Below the pieces are notes generated by a model. It had not been told where the DNA came from. It saw nothing but the letters and a program-made list of their open reading frames with translations, and made no database searches. Positions 20,050 to 49,996 of a stretch of 64,000 nucleotides of DNA are shown one piece after another. This DNA is from the human T2T-CHM13v2.0 reference genome, Homo sapiens, in the NCBI RefSeq assembly GCF_009914755.1, contig NC_060943.1; one strand, 5' to 3'. The translations under genes were made by a program, and so were the position numbers. Each line of letters opens with the position of its first letter. The stretch's first letter is position 1.

Positions 20050-20811
20050 TGTATTTGTATTTGAGTTCAAATAAGCCTGCAGCACATTGTGTGTTTGTGT
20101 CTTTCTGTGTGAATGTGTCTATGTTTGATCAGGAAATGCTGGTGATTCTTCATCTTGGGTGGTTGTGTTTTATCGTCTGTCATTGTGTGTGACTCTAAGA
20201 ACTGTCCACATGTGATTGTACTTGCATGAGGGATGAAGCTCCCTGTGTGTGAGTTAGTCACGGAGTTTGTGCACTGGTTAGGTAAGTTTGCATCTTGAGC
20301 GTGTGTGAAAGTGTATATACTAATTTGTTAGGGCTGCCAAAACAAAACGCCACATCCCGGGCAGCTTGAACAACAGACATGTATCTACTTACCTTTCTGG
20401 AGGCTGAATTTTGAGATTAAGATGTCAGCAGGGCTGGTTTCTCTTGAGGCTGCCTCTGTAGATTGTGACCAATGCTTTCTTGCCATCTCTAACAGTCTTT
20501 CCTGTGTGTGTCCATCTCTGATGTCTCTTTGTGTCCATATTGCTGCTTCTATAAGAAGAAATTGGATTAGAGCCCACCCTAAGGACCTCATTTAACTTAA
20601 TCATCTCTTTAAAAACCATATCACCAAATACAGCCACAATATGAAGTACTGTGTTTGGGAAGAGGAGGCAGTATTCAGATCATAACAGTGTGTTTGCGTG
20701 TGGATGTGTGCATGCTTAAGAAGTGGTTTGAAGACCATTTATTCTGCATGGCCTTGCGTGAAAACATGTGATTCATACTATTACAATCTCCTGCATATAA
20801 GCTAGGCTAGC

Positions 20812-20849
<38 letters not shown>

Positions 20850-20859
20850 TGTGACTTTA

Positions 20860-21999
<1,140 letters not shown>

Positions 22000-22015
22000 T
22001 CAAATGCCTTTGCTT

Positions 22016-22029
22016 ACGCTAGATGGCAA
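22016..22029 (+). promoter_or_regulatory. CTCF-like motif ACGCTAGATGGCAA
   Basis: Same position in the cassette as 15453. Confidence 0.45.
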
Positions 22030-22252
22030 TCTGGCATCATGGTAAAATTGGCTTTTATTTAACTTTTTTATTTTTACTTTTCAATTTTTAATTGTAGCAA
22101 AATATATATTACACAAATAAGCCATCTTAAGCATTTTGTTACTAATATGTTAATAATATGTTACCCATAGAATAAGCTTATTATTTTAATTTTTTTTTAT
22201 ATTCTTAAACCGTGGTAAAATAGTACAATTGAATATTCACCTTTTTACCTAG

Positions 22253-23711
<1,459 letters not shown>

Positions 23712-23999
23712 TAAGTACATTTACTTGTTGTATCCTAATCTGTCCCATACATCTTCAGAACTCCTTTAGTCTGGGAAAACCACGACTCTGTACCCATTAA
23801 GGAATAACTCTCCACTTCCCTTTTCCAGCCCCTGGCAGTCACCATTTTATTTTCTATTTCTATGAATTTGACTCTTCTAAGTACCTCGTATACCTAGAAT
23901 CATATATTATTTGTCCTTTTGGTGTGGATCTATTTCAATTGACAGCATTCTTCAGGCTTCATCCAGATTGTAGCACCTGTCAGGATTTCCTTTACTTTT

Positions 24000-25005
<1,006 letters not shown>

Positions 25006-25035
25006 TGGTTAACGAGCAACTTGGGTTGCTTCCAC

Positions 25036-25314
25036 TTTTTTTTTTTTTTTTTTTTTTTTTTGAGATGGAGTCTCGCTCTGTCGCCCAGGCTGGAGTGCTG
25101 TGGTGCCATCTCGGCTCACTGCAAGCCTGCCTCCCAGGTTCATGCCATTCTCCTGCCTCAGCCTCCCAAGTAGCTGGGACTACAGGCACCCGCCACCATG
25201 CCCGGCTAATTTTTTTGTATTTTTAGTAGAGACGGGGTTTCACCGTGTTAGCCAGGATGGTCTCGAACTCCTGACCTCATGATCCGCCCGCCTTGGCCTC
25301 CCAAAGTGCTGGGA
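25036..25314 (-). mobile_element. AluY, 5'-truncated
   Basis: TSD tgcttccactttt. Confidence 0.95.
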
Positions 25315-25639
25315 TGCTTCCACTTTTGACTCTCATGACTAATGCTGCTATGCCCATGGGTGTACAAATATCTCTTTAATTTTCTGCTTCCATTACTTCT
25401 GGGTAATATCCAGAGGTAGAAAGATAATTTTATTTTTATTCTTTTCAGAACTGTTGTAATTTTTTTTTTCACAGAATCTGCATCTCATCACAATTGCACC
25501 GAGAGTGCAGATGTGCCAACTTCTCCAAGCCCTGTGGGTGGTTGTTATCTTCTGTCTTATGGATAGTGGCCATGAACATGGGAATGAAGTGGTTCATTAT
25601 CTCTTTGCCAAAGAAAAAAATATTTCTTTCACTTTTCAA

Positions 25640-26330
25640 TAGTAATTACTTAATAATGGGATGTATTTGTTGGTTCCTGCACAACTTCTCAAATGTCGGA
25701 ATCAGACTAGACTGTGTCACCCTGATGTCCTCATCCTCATTGATTTTCATGTGGTTATTGTTTTTTTCATAGATACCACTGATAACCCAGCATCACAAAG
25801 ATATGATGACTGCAAAAAATAAAAATAAAAAAATGAGAGAACCAATGTAGAAACCATGAATCCCTGCAGCTTATACTTAATGACTTAATGTGGTGACAGA
25901 AGATATGAAATATCACCATACTTCCCTTAAAACTAAACTGTAGGGTTACCTCTTTAGACAGATGTGGCTATAAGGTTATAATAGCGGGAATGCAATGCAT
26001 GTTCATCAGATCAGGGAGAGAATGGAGAAGGTGACCTGGTTGCCGAGCAACCCTCAGTATCCTTGGAGATGAGTCACCATGGAAACAGCAATAACTCTTC
26101 ATTTCCTTTTTTCCAGCCCCGACAACCACCATTTTATTTTCCATTGCTATGAATTTGACTCTTCTAAGTACCTCATGTACCAATAATCAGGTACCTAAGT
26201 ACCTCATATTCCTGGACAGTGGTGGGGGACGGCGGGAAAGAAGTTCCTCCTCAGCCAAGGGAGCTGTGGAGACTAAGGAAAGTGATTGGATGTTCCACAG
26301 TTTCTTTCATGGACAACCTCTTGTTTACTC
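25640..26330 (+). promoter_or_regulatory. Module B copy 3, paired X-boxes GTTGCCGAGCAAC (26039-26051) and GTCACCATGGAAAC (26073-26086)
   Basis: Near-palindromic RFX-type motifs 34 bp apart. Confidence 0.55.
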
Positions 26331-26639
26331 AAATGATCTCCACTTATAATCTCCTGTATATCATTTGTATATCTCTTAGATCACTTTTTCCCAAAAATGT
26401 AGTTCCAGGACTCCGGGGGGAATCAAGATTTGGAATGCACAATTCCAAATAATTGTCCTAAACACATGAAAAGTTTATTTGCATTTTCCCTCATTTTCTC
26501 TGGATGACATAATATTGCACATGTTTGATTTAAGTGGACAATTTGATCATAGCCATCTAGTGGTAAGGAAAACATTAAAGATATTTGCAGAAATGAAAAG
26601 CAACACCACCTTTATTGCGAAGTTTGTTTGGAAAATGCA

Positions 26640-28195
<1,556 letters not shown>

Positions 28196-28553
28196 CATTT
28201 TATTTTTTATCTTCCAGTTTACAAACCCCAGCCCCAACATTCATTATGTGGGTGATCATGAAGAAGCTATCTGTCCGTTCTGATCCTCACAATACATTGT
28301 AAACAATCAATAAATAATAGCTTGTTTTTTTTGCATTTCTAGTGTAAATATGGAATACAATTCTATTGTGATGATACAGCAAAAAAAGTGTTAGAAAGAA
28401 GAGTCACTTTCTTTGTGAGTTTTTCCCCAACCGCAGTATCCACAATTGTTAAAGCAATTTCCTCCTCAATATTGTCATAAAAGATGTGCTAGTTTTTTTC
28501 TTCCCCATCTCTCATGGTGAAATAACAGATAGTTTACCTGTTTTCCCCTCCAG

Positions 28554-28623
28554 GCCATGAACTCTGAGAATTTGGGCTGCATTTTTAAAGCTGTATCACT
28601 GGCAGTTTGTACTCAAAAAGCAG
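28554..28623 (+). ncRNA. Candidate non-coding exon C, copy 2 (70 nt)
   Basis: ttttcccctccAG acceptor, CAG|GTAAAT donor. Confidence 0.5.
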
Positions 28624-28654
28624 GTAAATATTTCCCTGGTTACTCCTTGATTTA

Positions 28655-32382
<3,728 letters not shown>

Positions 32383-32384
32383 CA

Positions 32385-32640
32385 CCACCGTGGACTAAGT
32401 CCTGTCCATGGTGCTGAAGTGCATGTCAGGTCTGTGAAGAGACCTGATGCTACCTAATGTAGGCAAGGCTGACCTCAAAGTATATTAATAGAATAAATGG
32501 CAGCCAAGCTTTGTGTATTATAAGTGAAAAAGGAGACCCCAACTGGGTCATGCCCTGCCCACTGCCCCACATAAGGACTGGTTATATATTTATTTTATCA
32601 CTCAATCATCTCTTAGCATATGACACATGTTAGGGACAAT
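32385..32640 (+). repeat. Module D copy (10-bp stem 32386-32413)
   Basis: CACCGTGGAC-taagtcct-GTCCATGGTG. Confidence 0.8.
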
Positions 32641-32999
32641 GCTGGTAACAGAGAAAACAGAACTAGTGCATATGTGGTCATAGCGTTCCACATTCCTCAC
32701 AGTCTGTGGGTTTTCTGAAGGTGCAAAGCTGACAATTGCTGTTTATATTTTGTTTCCCCAATGGTTTAGAGCAGTGCCTGAACATAAAATGTATTGATTG
32801 CTAAATAAATGGGATTTCTGGAGATCCTGGCAAAATCAGAGCATATTGAAGGATGAATCAGAAAAAAAAAGAAGTAAGGGGAAAATATGGGAGAAAGGCA
32901 GAAAAGATTGGAAGAAGGAGGGGGAGAACATCAAAGAGAGGCAGAGTCCATTCACACAGAAGGAGATTCTAGGAGAGAAACAGAGAAAGGCAGACAGTC

Positions 33000-34030
33000 T
33001 GGCTCCAGCCACCTTGGCGTTTCACCTTCCGTGTATTGAATAAAGTTCAGGACCTTTGCAGGTGCAGCTCCCTCCACACCCTGAGTCTTCATGTGGCTCC
33101 ATCTTGTCTCCAACCAGTGCTCTGAACAGAGTTCACCACCCAAGGGAGCCCTCTCTGACTGCTGTCCCCCGAGCACCTGCTTTGTTCCCTTCTTGAGGTT
33201 GGTGCTTTCTTTATTCACTTTCTGTTTACTGCTTTCTCTCCATTGGAATATAAATTCCTTAGAGTATGATAAAAAAGATGGACCTAAAGTTGTGAGTTTT
33301 TATTGGTCCTAGGTTTCTTACTGGAGGTTAGATAAGTCCAAAGGACAACAATAACAACCACTTCTCACTTTCCTGTGTATCATTATTAAAAGTATTATCT
33401 TCCTGCTTCTACTCTTACTTGGGAAATAAGAATAAAATGATAATGGGGTAAGAGAGTTGGAGGATACAGGATAGAAATGCAGTTATGCAGTAGGAATTCA
33501 TTTGAAGGGAGAGAATGAAGGAGGTAATTTTCCAGGCACTGCTCAGCATCCTTGGAGAGGCATCATCATGAAATTACAGAGAGAACAGGCAGTGGAGAAG
33601 GAGCTGTTTCTCCCCAACCACATGCATCTGCAAGAGTGAGGAGTGGAACAGGCAGAGCCAGAGAACAGCAGAGTTGAGGTTTTCCAAGGAGGTACATGCA
33701 GCAGAATATGCAAGAGATTCGAGTGTGTCCAGAGGAATTTATCCTAACAATTGACCATGGAAGGTGACCAGATGGGTGTGAAGGTCAGTGAAAAATGGTT
33801 AAATAAAGACAGTGTTGGTCTCCAAAGAATAATGGGATGTAGTCCTTAGGTGAGAAAGAGGAGTCACTTGGAAAGTAAGACGTGATGTTGGAGATGGGAT
33901 GCTAGAACTGAAGGCTTGGAGTGATTTTAGGCTAATGGGAGTGGATGGCTATGGGCATTTGGACAATAGCCATGGAGGAGAGAGGGTCCCTATATAGCTA
34001 GTCAGGAGTGTCAGGAGAATCATCTCCATT
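33000..34030. repeat. L2-like segment, B-prime module and L2-like module E (also ~48630-50830 and 60430-61925)
   Basis: caggacctttgca L2 3' motif; B-like tgctcagcatccttggagag; three copies in the same order. Confidence 0.65.
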
Positions 34031-34067
34031 AGGGATTATCTACCCTGACATTATTGAAAATATGATT

Positions 34068-34405
34068 TAGATAGTTATTTGTGTTGCAGGGAAGGCTGCA
34101 TTCTGCATTGTACATTGTTGTGTGTGGAATATGGTCTAGATAGTTATTTGTGTTGCAGGGAGGGCTGCTTTGTGCATTGTACATTGTTGTGTGTGAAATA
34201 TGGTCTAGATAGTTATTGGTGTTGCAGGGAGGGCTGCTTTGTGCATTGTGCACTGTTGTGTGTGAAATATGGTCTAGATAGTTATTTGTGTTGCGGGGAG
34301 GGCTGCTTTGTGCATTGTGCATTGTTGTGTGTGAAATATGGTCTAGATAGTTATTTGTGTTTTGGGGGGAGGGCTGCTTTGTGCATTGTACATTGTTGTG
34401 TGTGG
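34068..34405. repeat. 69-bp minisatellite x5 inside a MER20-like element (~34030-34500)
   Basis: tagatagttatt starts at 34068, 34137, 34206, 34275, 34344. Confidence 0.95.
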
Positions 34406-34559
34406 AGCAGCACTCTCGCTTCTACCCAGAGGATGTCAGTAATTCTCCTCTACTTGTGTCCAGACCTCGCCAACTGTCTCTTGGGGGCAAAGTCACTCCT
34501 AGAATAAAAATACTAATATTATATATTAGTATTTAACATTTTCAGCTGTTATAATCTTT

Positions 34560-36040
<1,481 letters not shown>

Positions 36041-36299
36041 TAGTTAATATTTATTTTCTTTCTTTTCAGATAGTGTCTTGCAATGTCGCCCAGGCTGGAG
36101 TGCAGTGGTGCCCCTCCTGTTGTGAATGTGAGTAACAAACCATCTTTTCAATGGCAGTCTCCTGCTGACCTGTCTACCTGTTGTGTGTGAAGCTGTGTGA
36201 TTCAAATCAGCTTGAATTACATTTTTGTGAGTTCTGGAAAACCCAGACACCATCTGTTCTTGTGTGCGAGTGTGTGTGTGTGTGTCCGTGGTTGAGGAA

Positions 36300-36850
36300 G
36301 TTTGGAAGACACCCCATGGTCAAACAAGGTGGAGTCTAGGGCCACTTTCCCTGCCACATGGCTATCTTATTAGAACCCTGCCTACCACAAATGCCCAATC
36401 CCAAGGGTAAGGCAAGACAGCAGCCCTGGAATCCCTCCTTTGGACGGTTCCAGGACCCTTCTCCTTGGATGCTCAGAGATGGGATGAAGAGCAGGTAAGG
36501 GAGGCGTGGGCTCAGGGCCAGAAAGCCTGGTAACCTCCCCTTCCTGAGTCCTGTGTCCTCCTCTGTAAAATGCAGACACTCCTGGGATGTCACTCACAGC
36601 CAGGGCTGCTGGGCTTATTGTACTCTGCAGTTAGGCTCCTGTCTGAGGAGATGAAAGGATGTGAAATCCAGCCTGTACCATCTTCACAAGCTGTATCCAT
36701 GCCTGGGCTGCAGGATTTCAACCACAGCATAGCATTGACCTGTCCAAAAGCCCCAAAGCCTATCATGGCCATGTATGCAGTTATTGCTACTTGGGAAAAA
36801 TTCTTATTAAACAGAAAACAAGCATAGGTGAAGATACCCATTTTGAAACA
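36300..36850 (+). repeat. Module A copy 3
   Basis: ctctgtaaaatgcagacactcctgggatgtcactcacagccagggctgctggg. Confidence 0.85.
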
Positions 36851-36912
36851 ATCTTATTTTTTATCTTTTAATTTGAGGTGATGCTCATTGTCTTATAAGG
36901 GGCCTTTGCCAT

Positions 36913-36925
36913 CACTAGATGGCAT
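36913..36925 (+). promoter_or_regulatory. CTCF-like motif CACTAGATGGCAT
   Basis: Same cassette position as 15453. Confidence 0.55.
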
Positions 36926-37109
36926 TCTTGCATCATGGAAAACTACACAGGAGCTCCTTTAAAAATCAATTTTGAACTGTGGCAAAATACACATCACATA
37001 AAATTTACCATGTTAAAATTGTACAAAGTACAATTTTAAAACAAATATTGACCATGACCATAGGTTTATAATTTTAAAAATTATTTATGTTTTCAGTTAT
37101 TTTTCAACT

Positions 37110-37545
37110 TTTTATTTTTTAACTTGCATTTTAAGTCCAAGGGTACAAGTGCAGGTTTGGTATATAGGTAAACTGGTGTCATGGGGGTTTGTTGTACAGA
37201 TGATTTCATTACCCAGGTATTAAGTCTAGTACACGTTCGTTGGTTTTCACAATCCTCTCCCTCCTCCCACCCTTCACCCTCCAATGGGCCCCAGTGTGTG
37301 TTGTTCCCCTCTGTGTTTTCATGTGTTCTCATCATTTAGCTCCCACTTGTGGGAAACAACAGGTTGTGTTTGGTTTCTGTTCCTGTGTTAGTTTGCCAAG
37401 GATAATGGCCTCCAGCTTCATCCATGTCCCTGCAAAGGACATGATCTCCTTCTTTTTTTATGGCTGCATAGTATTCCGTGGTGTACATGTACCACATTTT
37501 CTTTATCCAGTCTATCTTTTATGGGCATTTAGGTTGATTTGCCTT
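37110..37545 (-). mobile_element. L1PA 3' end fragment
   Basis: gggtacaagtgcaggtttg...ccagcttcatccatgtccctgcaaaggacatgatc. Confidence 0.88.
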
Positions 37546-37867
37546 TTCGAAATATGCTAACAGGCATATAAGGTAACTGATCACTATAATTATTTTTACT
37601 TGTATAGTCCACTGGTGTGAAGGGCATTCACATTGTTCTGCCACAGTCTCCACAAACTATGTCCCATATTTTGTTAATCTTGGAATACTGAAACTCTGTG
37701 TCCATTAAACCATAACTCCCCATTTCCCCTCCCCCATCCCCTGGCAACCTCCATTCCACTTTCTGTTCCTGTGAATTTGACTATTCTACGTCGAATCTAT
37801 TATACTTCTAATATACAAGTGAAATCATACAGTTTCTGTCCTTTTGTGACTGGCTTGTTTCACTTAG

Positions 37868-39170
<1,303 letters not shown>

Positions 39171-39585
39171 TCCTCTCCCATTGACACATTCAGATGGCCT
39201 CCATTTATAATTTCATGTATATCTGTTCTGCCTGTGGTTTCCAAAAAGCAGTTCAAGGCCTGCTAGGGGAATCAAGACCCTTTCAGTGTTCCAAACTATG
39301 TTTCTAAGATCAGGGAAATTGTATTTGCTTTTTTCCTTCCCATTTCCTCTGCATGATGTAATATTGCAGGTGTTTGAATTAAGTAGTCTATCCGGCCAGC
39401 AGTTTTTTCATGGGGAAAAAAAACCAGAACAGAATTAAAAAATCAGAGCATGTGGCTTAGAGTAAGTGCCATTCCTTTAAACTTTCACTTCAGTTACACA
39501 GACATTTACTCACAGACACACACACTTGCATGTGCACTGGATCAACATGGAGAAGGTGTGGGTTCCTGGGGCCTGCAGTGACCAA

Positions 39586-39887
<302 letters not shown>

Positions 39888-40237
39888 TTGCAGTGACCAA
39901 AGTTTCAGTGGTGCTGGTGTGAGCCAAGCTTCCAATTTTCACAGACACGGACTCAGGGGTGATGCTGCAGCTGCAGTAGTTGATAGCTCAGGGCCCATAA
40001 CCAAGGGGATCTTTTCCTCCCTGCTTTTTATTATGGAAATTCTCAAAAATACACAAAAGTAGACAGAATAATGTATACCCACTGTGAAAGCATTCAGCTA
40101 TCTTCTCCTTTTTTTCCTTCTAGTTTAAGTAAAGTAAATCCCAGAAATAATATAATTTTACCTACAAATACCTCAGTACATATGTCTATCAGATCATAAT
40201 TTAACATAATATATTAAAGGAATTTGCAAAAATGTAA

Positions 40238-40646
<409 letters not shown>

Positions 40647-40999
40647 CAATTTTTATAATTTTAAACTTAATATTTTCAAATGTCAATGTATAATATGGCA
40701 AATATACATAGATACAAATTGTAACCAACAAAATTAATCATAATTCCTTATTTATCATTTAATATCTAGTCCTACATTTCTGGGGAACTTTATAACCTTT
40801 TCTAAAATTTTAAGCAATGCAAATAAATTACATCAATGCAAAAATATTTAACTTTGTTCAAGTTGAAATCACGGGCACCTAGTGGGGCAACCTGAGGCAG
40901 AGGCAGCAGACGCTGGGATCCACAACTGAGTTAAGACCACAAGGCAACTTCCTCAGGCTGCAAATCCCAACCCGAGCCGACATGAAAATGCTCACAACT

Positions 41000-41723
<724 letters not shown>

Positions 41724-42074
41724 TTACTCTGCAGACATCAGGGCAGGAGAGCAGCCCCCAGCTGATCACCTCTACACCCCAGGCCCCCACCTCTGTCGGC
41801 CAGTGGACTTCTCTGTCAATGTGCTCATTGCTTCAGGTGAAACCAGCACTGATTCATGTCCCCGTCAGCTCCTCAAGGCCCTCAGCTCTTCCTCAATGGA
41901 AACCAAAAACTATGTGAGTCTGGTCTCAATCACTTGAGAAGTTTATTGGCCGGGCCTGGTGGCTCACGCCTGTAATCCCAGCACTTTGGGAGGCCGAGGC
42001 GGGTGGATCACCTGAGGTCAGGAGTTCAAGGCCAGCCTGGCCAGGATACACACTGCCACATTACTACAATGCTA

Positions 42075-43315
<1,241 letters not shown>

Positions 43316-43319
43316 ACCA

Positions 43320-43520
43320 TCCCATTGTTCCTATGGCTTTGAATTCTCATGGGAAATGTAATCCAGGCCTGTCTGATTCCTTGATTTGCCAGGCTGCCTA
43401 CCCTGATTAACCCAGCGAAGGAATTTCAATGGCAAGTGTGCTTGGACTCCAGTGACCCGGGCTTGTCGAGATCGCCTCTAGCATAGGATCAGTTTAGAAT
43501 TCTCAGAAGAGAAGGTAATA
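43320..43520 (+). promoter_or_regulatory. Module F copy, TTCTCATGGGAAATGTAATCC (43344-43364)
   Basis: Homologous to 9421. Confidence 0.45.
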
Positions 43521-43599
43521 TGTAGATTCCCAAGATTACAAATCCTAACTTTCATTATGTGGGTGATCATGGGCTAGACACCTCCCTTTTCTGAGCCTC

Positions 43600-43925
43600 A
43601 TTTTCTTTTCTTCTTTTTTCTTTGTTTGTTGTTGATGTTGTTTTGAGGCAGGGTTTCACTCTGTCACCCAGGCTAGACTGTAGTGGTGTGATCATGGCTC
43701 ACTGCAGTCTTGACCTCCTGGGCTCAGGTGGTCCTCCCACCTCAGCCTCCTGAGTAGCTGGGACTACAGGTGAGTGCCACCATGCCGAGCTAATTTTTGT
43801 ATTTTCTTGTAGATAGGGGGTTTTGCTATGTTGCTCAGGCTGGTCTTGAACTCCTGGGCCCAAGTGATCTACCCACCTCAGCCTTGCAAAGGGCTGGGAT
43901 TACAAGTGTGAGCCAATGCGCCCAG
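43600..43925 (-). mobile_element. AluJ inside the cassette MIR
   Basis: TSD tctgagcctcattt. Confidence 0.93.
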
Positions 43926-44196
43926 ACCCTCTGAGCCTCATTTGTTTTTACCTGTCAATGAGTGATAGACATGGGTAAAATTTTGACACAATGCCCAATA
44001 CATTGTAAGCAATTAATAAATATTAGTTGGGTGTTTTTGTATTTCTAACATAATATAAAATACAATTTTAATTTAGTAATATGAGCCAATGAGTGTTAGA
44101 AATGGTAATTACCTTCTTTGTGATGTTTTCTCCATCCGCTGCTTTCACAATTGTTACAAGCTCCACCTCAACACTGTCATAATAATAGTGCTAGTA

Positions 44197-44663
<467 letters not shown>

Positions 44664-44813
44664 TTAAGCACCTGATTTAAAAATCAGCACAGCCCAGCCA
44701 TTGACCACGACCTGTCCATGGTTCTGAAAGGCACGTCGAGTCTATGGACTCACCAACTGGCAACGGAGATTGTTGATGCTAACTTGTGCAAAGGTGACCT
44801 CAAAGTATATTTC

Positions 44814-45822
44814 TGTAGGGTCCAGCCCCACAGGGTCGGTGGGTCTCTCCCCATGTGTGGAGACGAGAGAGTGTAGAAATAAAGACACAAGACAAAGAGA
44901 TAAAAGAAAAGGCAGCTGGGCCAGGGGGACCACTACCACCAAGTCGTGGAGACTGGTAGAGGCCCTGAATGCCAGGCTGCACTGATAGTTATTGGATACA
45001 AGACAAAGGGGCAGGATAAGGAGAGTGAGCCATCTCCAATGATAGGTAAGGCCACGTGGGTCACGTGTCCACTGGACAGGGGGCCCTTCCCTGCCTGGCA
45101 GCCGAGGCAGAGAGAGAGAGGAGACAAAGAGAAAGACAGCTTGCGCCATTATTTCTGCATATCAGAGACTTTTAGTACTTTCACTAATTTACTACTGCTA
45201 TCTAGAAGGCACAGCCAGGTGTACAGGATGGAACATGAAGGCGGACTAGGAGCGTGACCACTGAAGCACAGCATCACAGGGAGACGGTCAGGCCTCCGGA
45301 TAACTGTGGGTGAGCCTGACTAATGTCAGGCCCTCCACAAGAGGTGGAGGAGTAGAGTCTTCTCTAAACTCCCCTGGGGAAAGGGAGACTCCCTTTCCCG
45401 GTCTGCTAAGTAGCGGGTGTTTTCCGTTGACACTTACGCTACCGCTAGACCACGGTCCGCCTGGCAACGGGCGGGCGTCTTCCCAGACACTGGCGTTACC
45501 ACTAGACCAAGGAGCCCTCTGGTGGCCCTGTCTGGGCATAACAGAAGGCTCGCACTCTTGTCTTCTGGTCACTTCCCACTATGTCCCCTCAGCTCCTATC
45601 TCTGTATGGCCTGGTTTTTCCTAGGTTATGATAATAGAGCGAGGATTATTATAATATTGGAATAAAGAGTAATTGCTACAAAGTGATGATTAATGATATT
45701 CATATATAATCATATCTAAGATCTATATCTGGTATAACTATTCTTGTTTTATATTTTATTATACTGGAACGGCTGGTGTCCTTGGTCTCTTGCCTCGGCA
45801 CCTGGGTGGCTTGCCACCCACG
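44814..45822 (-). mobile_element. LTR13 solo LTR (HERV-K group) inserted in module D
   Basis: Minus strand starts CGTGGGTGGCAAGCCACCCAGGTGCCGAGGCAAGAGACC; TSD TATTTC at 44808-44813 and 45823-45828. Confidence 0.9.
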
Positions 45823-46070
45823 TATTTCAGGAATAAATAAAAGCCAAATTTTGTTGTGTTGTAACCAAGAAGAGAAAGCCCCAATTTGGTCATGTCCTGC
45901 CCACAGCCCCACATAAAGATGGGTTAGGTGTGTGTTTCTCACATCAACAGCCCCTTAGCATGTGCCATGTGTTATGGATACTGCTGGGATGGAGGAAAGA
46001 TGGCAGAAATAGTGCATATATAATCCTGCATTCAAAACTCCTCACAGTCTGTGTGATAGAAAGAATGAAT

Positions 46071-46960
<890 letters not shown>

Positions 46961-47429
46961 TTAGCCCACTAGTTCCAAAAATGTAGTTTAAAAACTTCTG
47001 GTGGGGCGGGGGCGGGAATCAACTTCCTTTTAAAGGGTCCAGAATTCCAAACTATTGTGCTAAGAACGTTAAGATTTTATTTTCCTATTTCCATCTCATT
47101 TTCTTCATGATGTAGTATTGTGAGTATTTGACTTACTGAATTTGATAATCTGTCTTGTATTAAAGGGTTTTATTGCAAAAATATGAAGCAATGCTACCTA
47201 TATTACTGTGTTTTGTTTGGAAAATATAATCGTTGTTCATAAAAAACATGTTTGTTAACAAATAATAGGTTTGTTACATTTTAGAGTTTTAAGTTTAGAA
47301 TTTTCTGAGCTCCAATTTATAATATGGTAACTGGGTAAAAAATACAAATTATGCAAATAAAAATTATCTGAGGATCCCCAGTTACTTTGAAAAATATAAA
47401 AGTGGACTGAGATTTAAAAGTTTCATAAT

Positions 47430-47590
47430 TGCTCTCTTAGGTTAAGTACCTAGGTATCATCTGATTGGGTGGAGTAAAGCACACCTTTAATGTTTTTGAC
47501 ACGTGAATTCTCGTTGCTGAAGTGATAGACAGCTGTTCCTCTAGCTCCAAATTCTCACGGGAAATGTAATCTAGGTCTGTCTGACTTTAA
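47430..47590 (+). promoter_or_regulatory. Module F copy with inverted CCAAT (ctgattgg, 47461) and TTCTCACGGGAAATGTAATC (47552)
   Basis: Homologous to 9305-9460. Confidence 0.45.
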
Positions 47591-47599
47591 TTAATTTGT

Positions 47600-47653
47600 C
47601 AAGTTATAAAATCAACCTAAGTGACCATCAACAGATGAAAAACGTGGTATATA

Positions 47654-47712
<59 letters not shown>

Positions 47713-48188
47713 GTTTATTATTCAGCCATGAAAAGAGTGAAATCTTGTCATTTGCAGCAGTGTGGATGGAACTGGAGGACATTATGTTAAGTGAAATGAG
47801 CCAGGCACAGGAAGGCAAATATCGCATCTTCTCACTCATACATGGGTGCTGAAAAAGTAGATCTAATGGAGGTAGAAAGTAGAGTGATGGTTTCCAGAGA
47901 CTGAGAAGCAGGGAAGATTGGGCAATGGGTAAAAATGGTTAAACAGAAGGAATAATGTCTAGTGTTTCATAGCACAGTAGGGTGGCTATAGTTCCGAAGT
48001 ATTTATAGTATATTTCAAAATACCTAGAAGAGAAGATGTGGAATGTTCCCAAGAAAAATAAATGAGAAATGTTTGGGTGATGGATAGCCTACTCACCCTG
48101 ATTTGATCGTTACACATTGTATGAATGTATCAAAGTATCACATGTACCCTATCAATATGTACAACTATTATGTGTCAATTTAAAAAAT
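47600..48188 (+). mobile_element. L1MA-type 3' end with (TA)n, followed by module D
   Basis: Same 3' end and junction as the L1 ending at 32382. Confidence 0.88.
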
Positions 48189-48844
48189 CAGTGCAGTCCC
48201 ATCACCGATAAGACCTGTCCATGGTGCTAAAAGGCACCTTGAGTCTTGAACTGATGGCATATGCCAAGTGTTTGGAACCATACTGGATACAGAGGAATGA
48301 ATGCCTGTATGATCCATGCATTTAAACTTTTTTACAATACATGAGTATTCTGAAGGTACTAAGCTGGCTGTTACAAGGTTCATATTCTTATTTTTCCAAT
48401 GGTCTAGAGAATTACCTGTACATAACGTGCTGATTGCTAATTAAATAGGATTCTGGAGACCCCAACAATATTAGACTATGTTGAAGGAAGGATAAAACAA
48501 AAATAAGAAAGAGAGGGGAAAATAGGGAGGGAGTAAAATGGAAGAAGGATGAAGATAACATCAAAGAGACAGAGCAGAGTCCATGCAGACAGAAGGTTTT
48601 CTAGGAGAGAAATAGGGAGAGGTAAACAGTTTGGCTCCAGCCACGTGGGCCACTCTCTTTTCTTGGAATGAATCATCCTCAGGACCTTTGCACATGCAGT
48701 TCCTTCCATGGCTCTGGGTCTTCATGTGGCTTCTTCCTGTCTCCATTCAGGATTCTGAGCAGAGTTCACCACCCAGGGGAGTCCTCACTGATTGCCACCC
48801 CGAAGTACTTGCTTTGGTTCCATTATGAGGCTGACACTTCCTTT

Positions 48845-49420
<576 letters not shown>

Positions 49421-49612
49421 CTGATGCTTCTTTTCCTTGCTTACTGTTTGTGCTCTTCCTTGCCTGGAATGTAAGCTCAGAGTGTGGTAGAAAAATATAC
49501 CTAAAGTTGCAAGTATCTCAGGTTTTAGGTTTGTTACTGGAGATAGAAGAGGTTCAAAGGGCAAAAGTAAGAACTGTATCTCATTTCCTTTTGGACATCA
49601 TTAAAAATATTA

Positions 49613-49996
<384 letters not shown>

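Noticed and set aside
34029-34507. Cys-rich repeat ORF resembling zinc-finger or keratin-associated proteins
   Set aside because: Translation of the 69-bp minisatellite in a MER20-like element; no C2H2 spacing or TGEKP linkers
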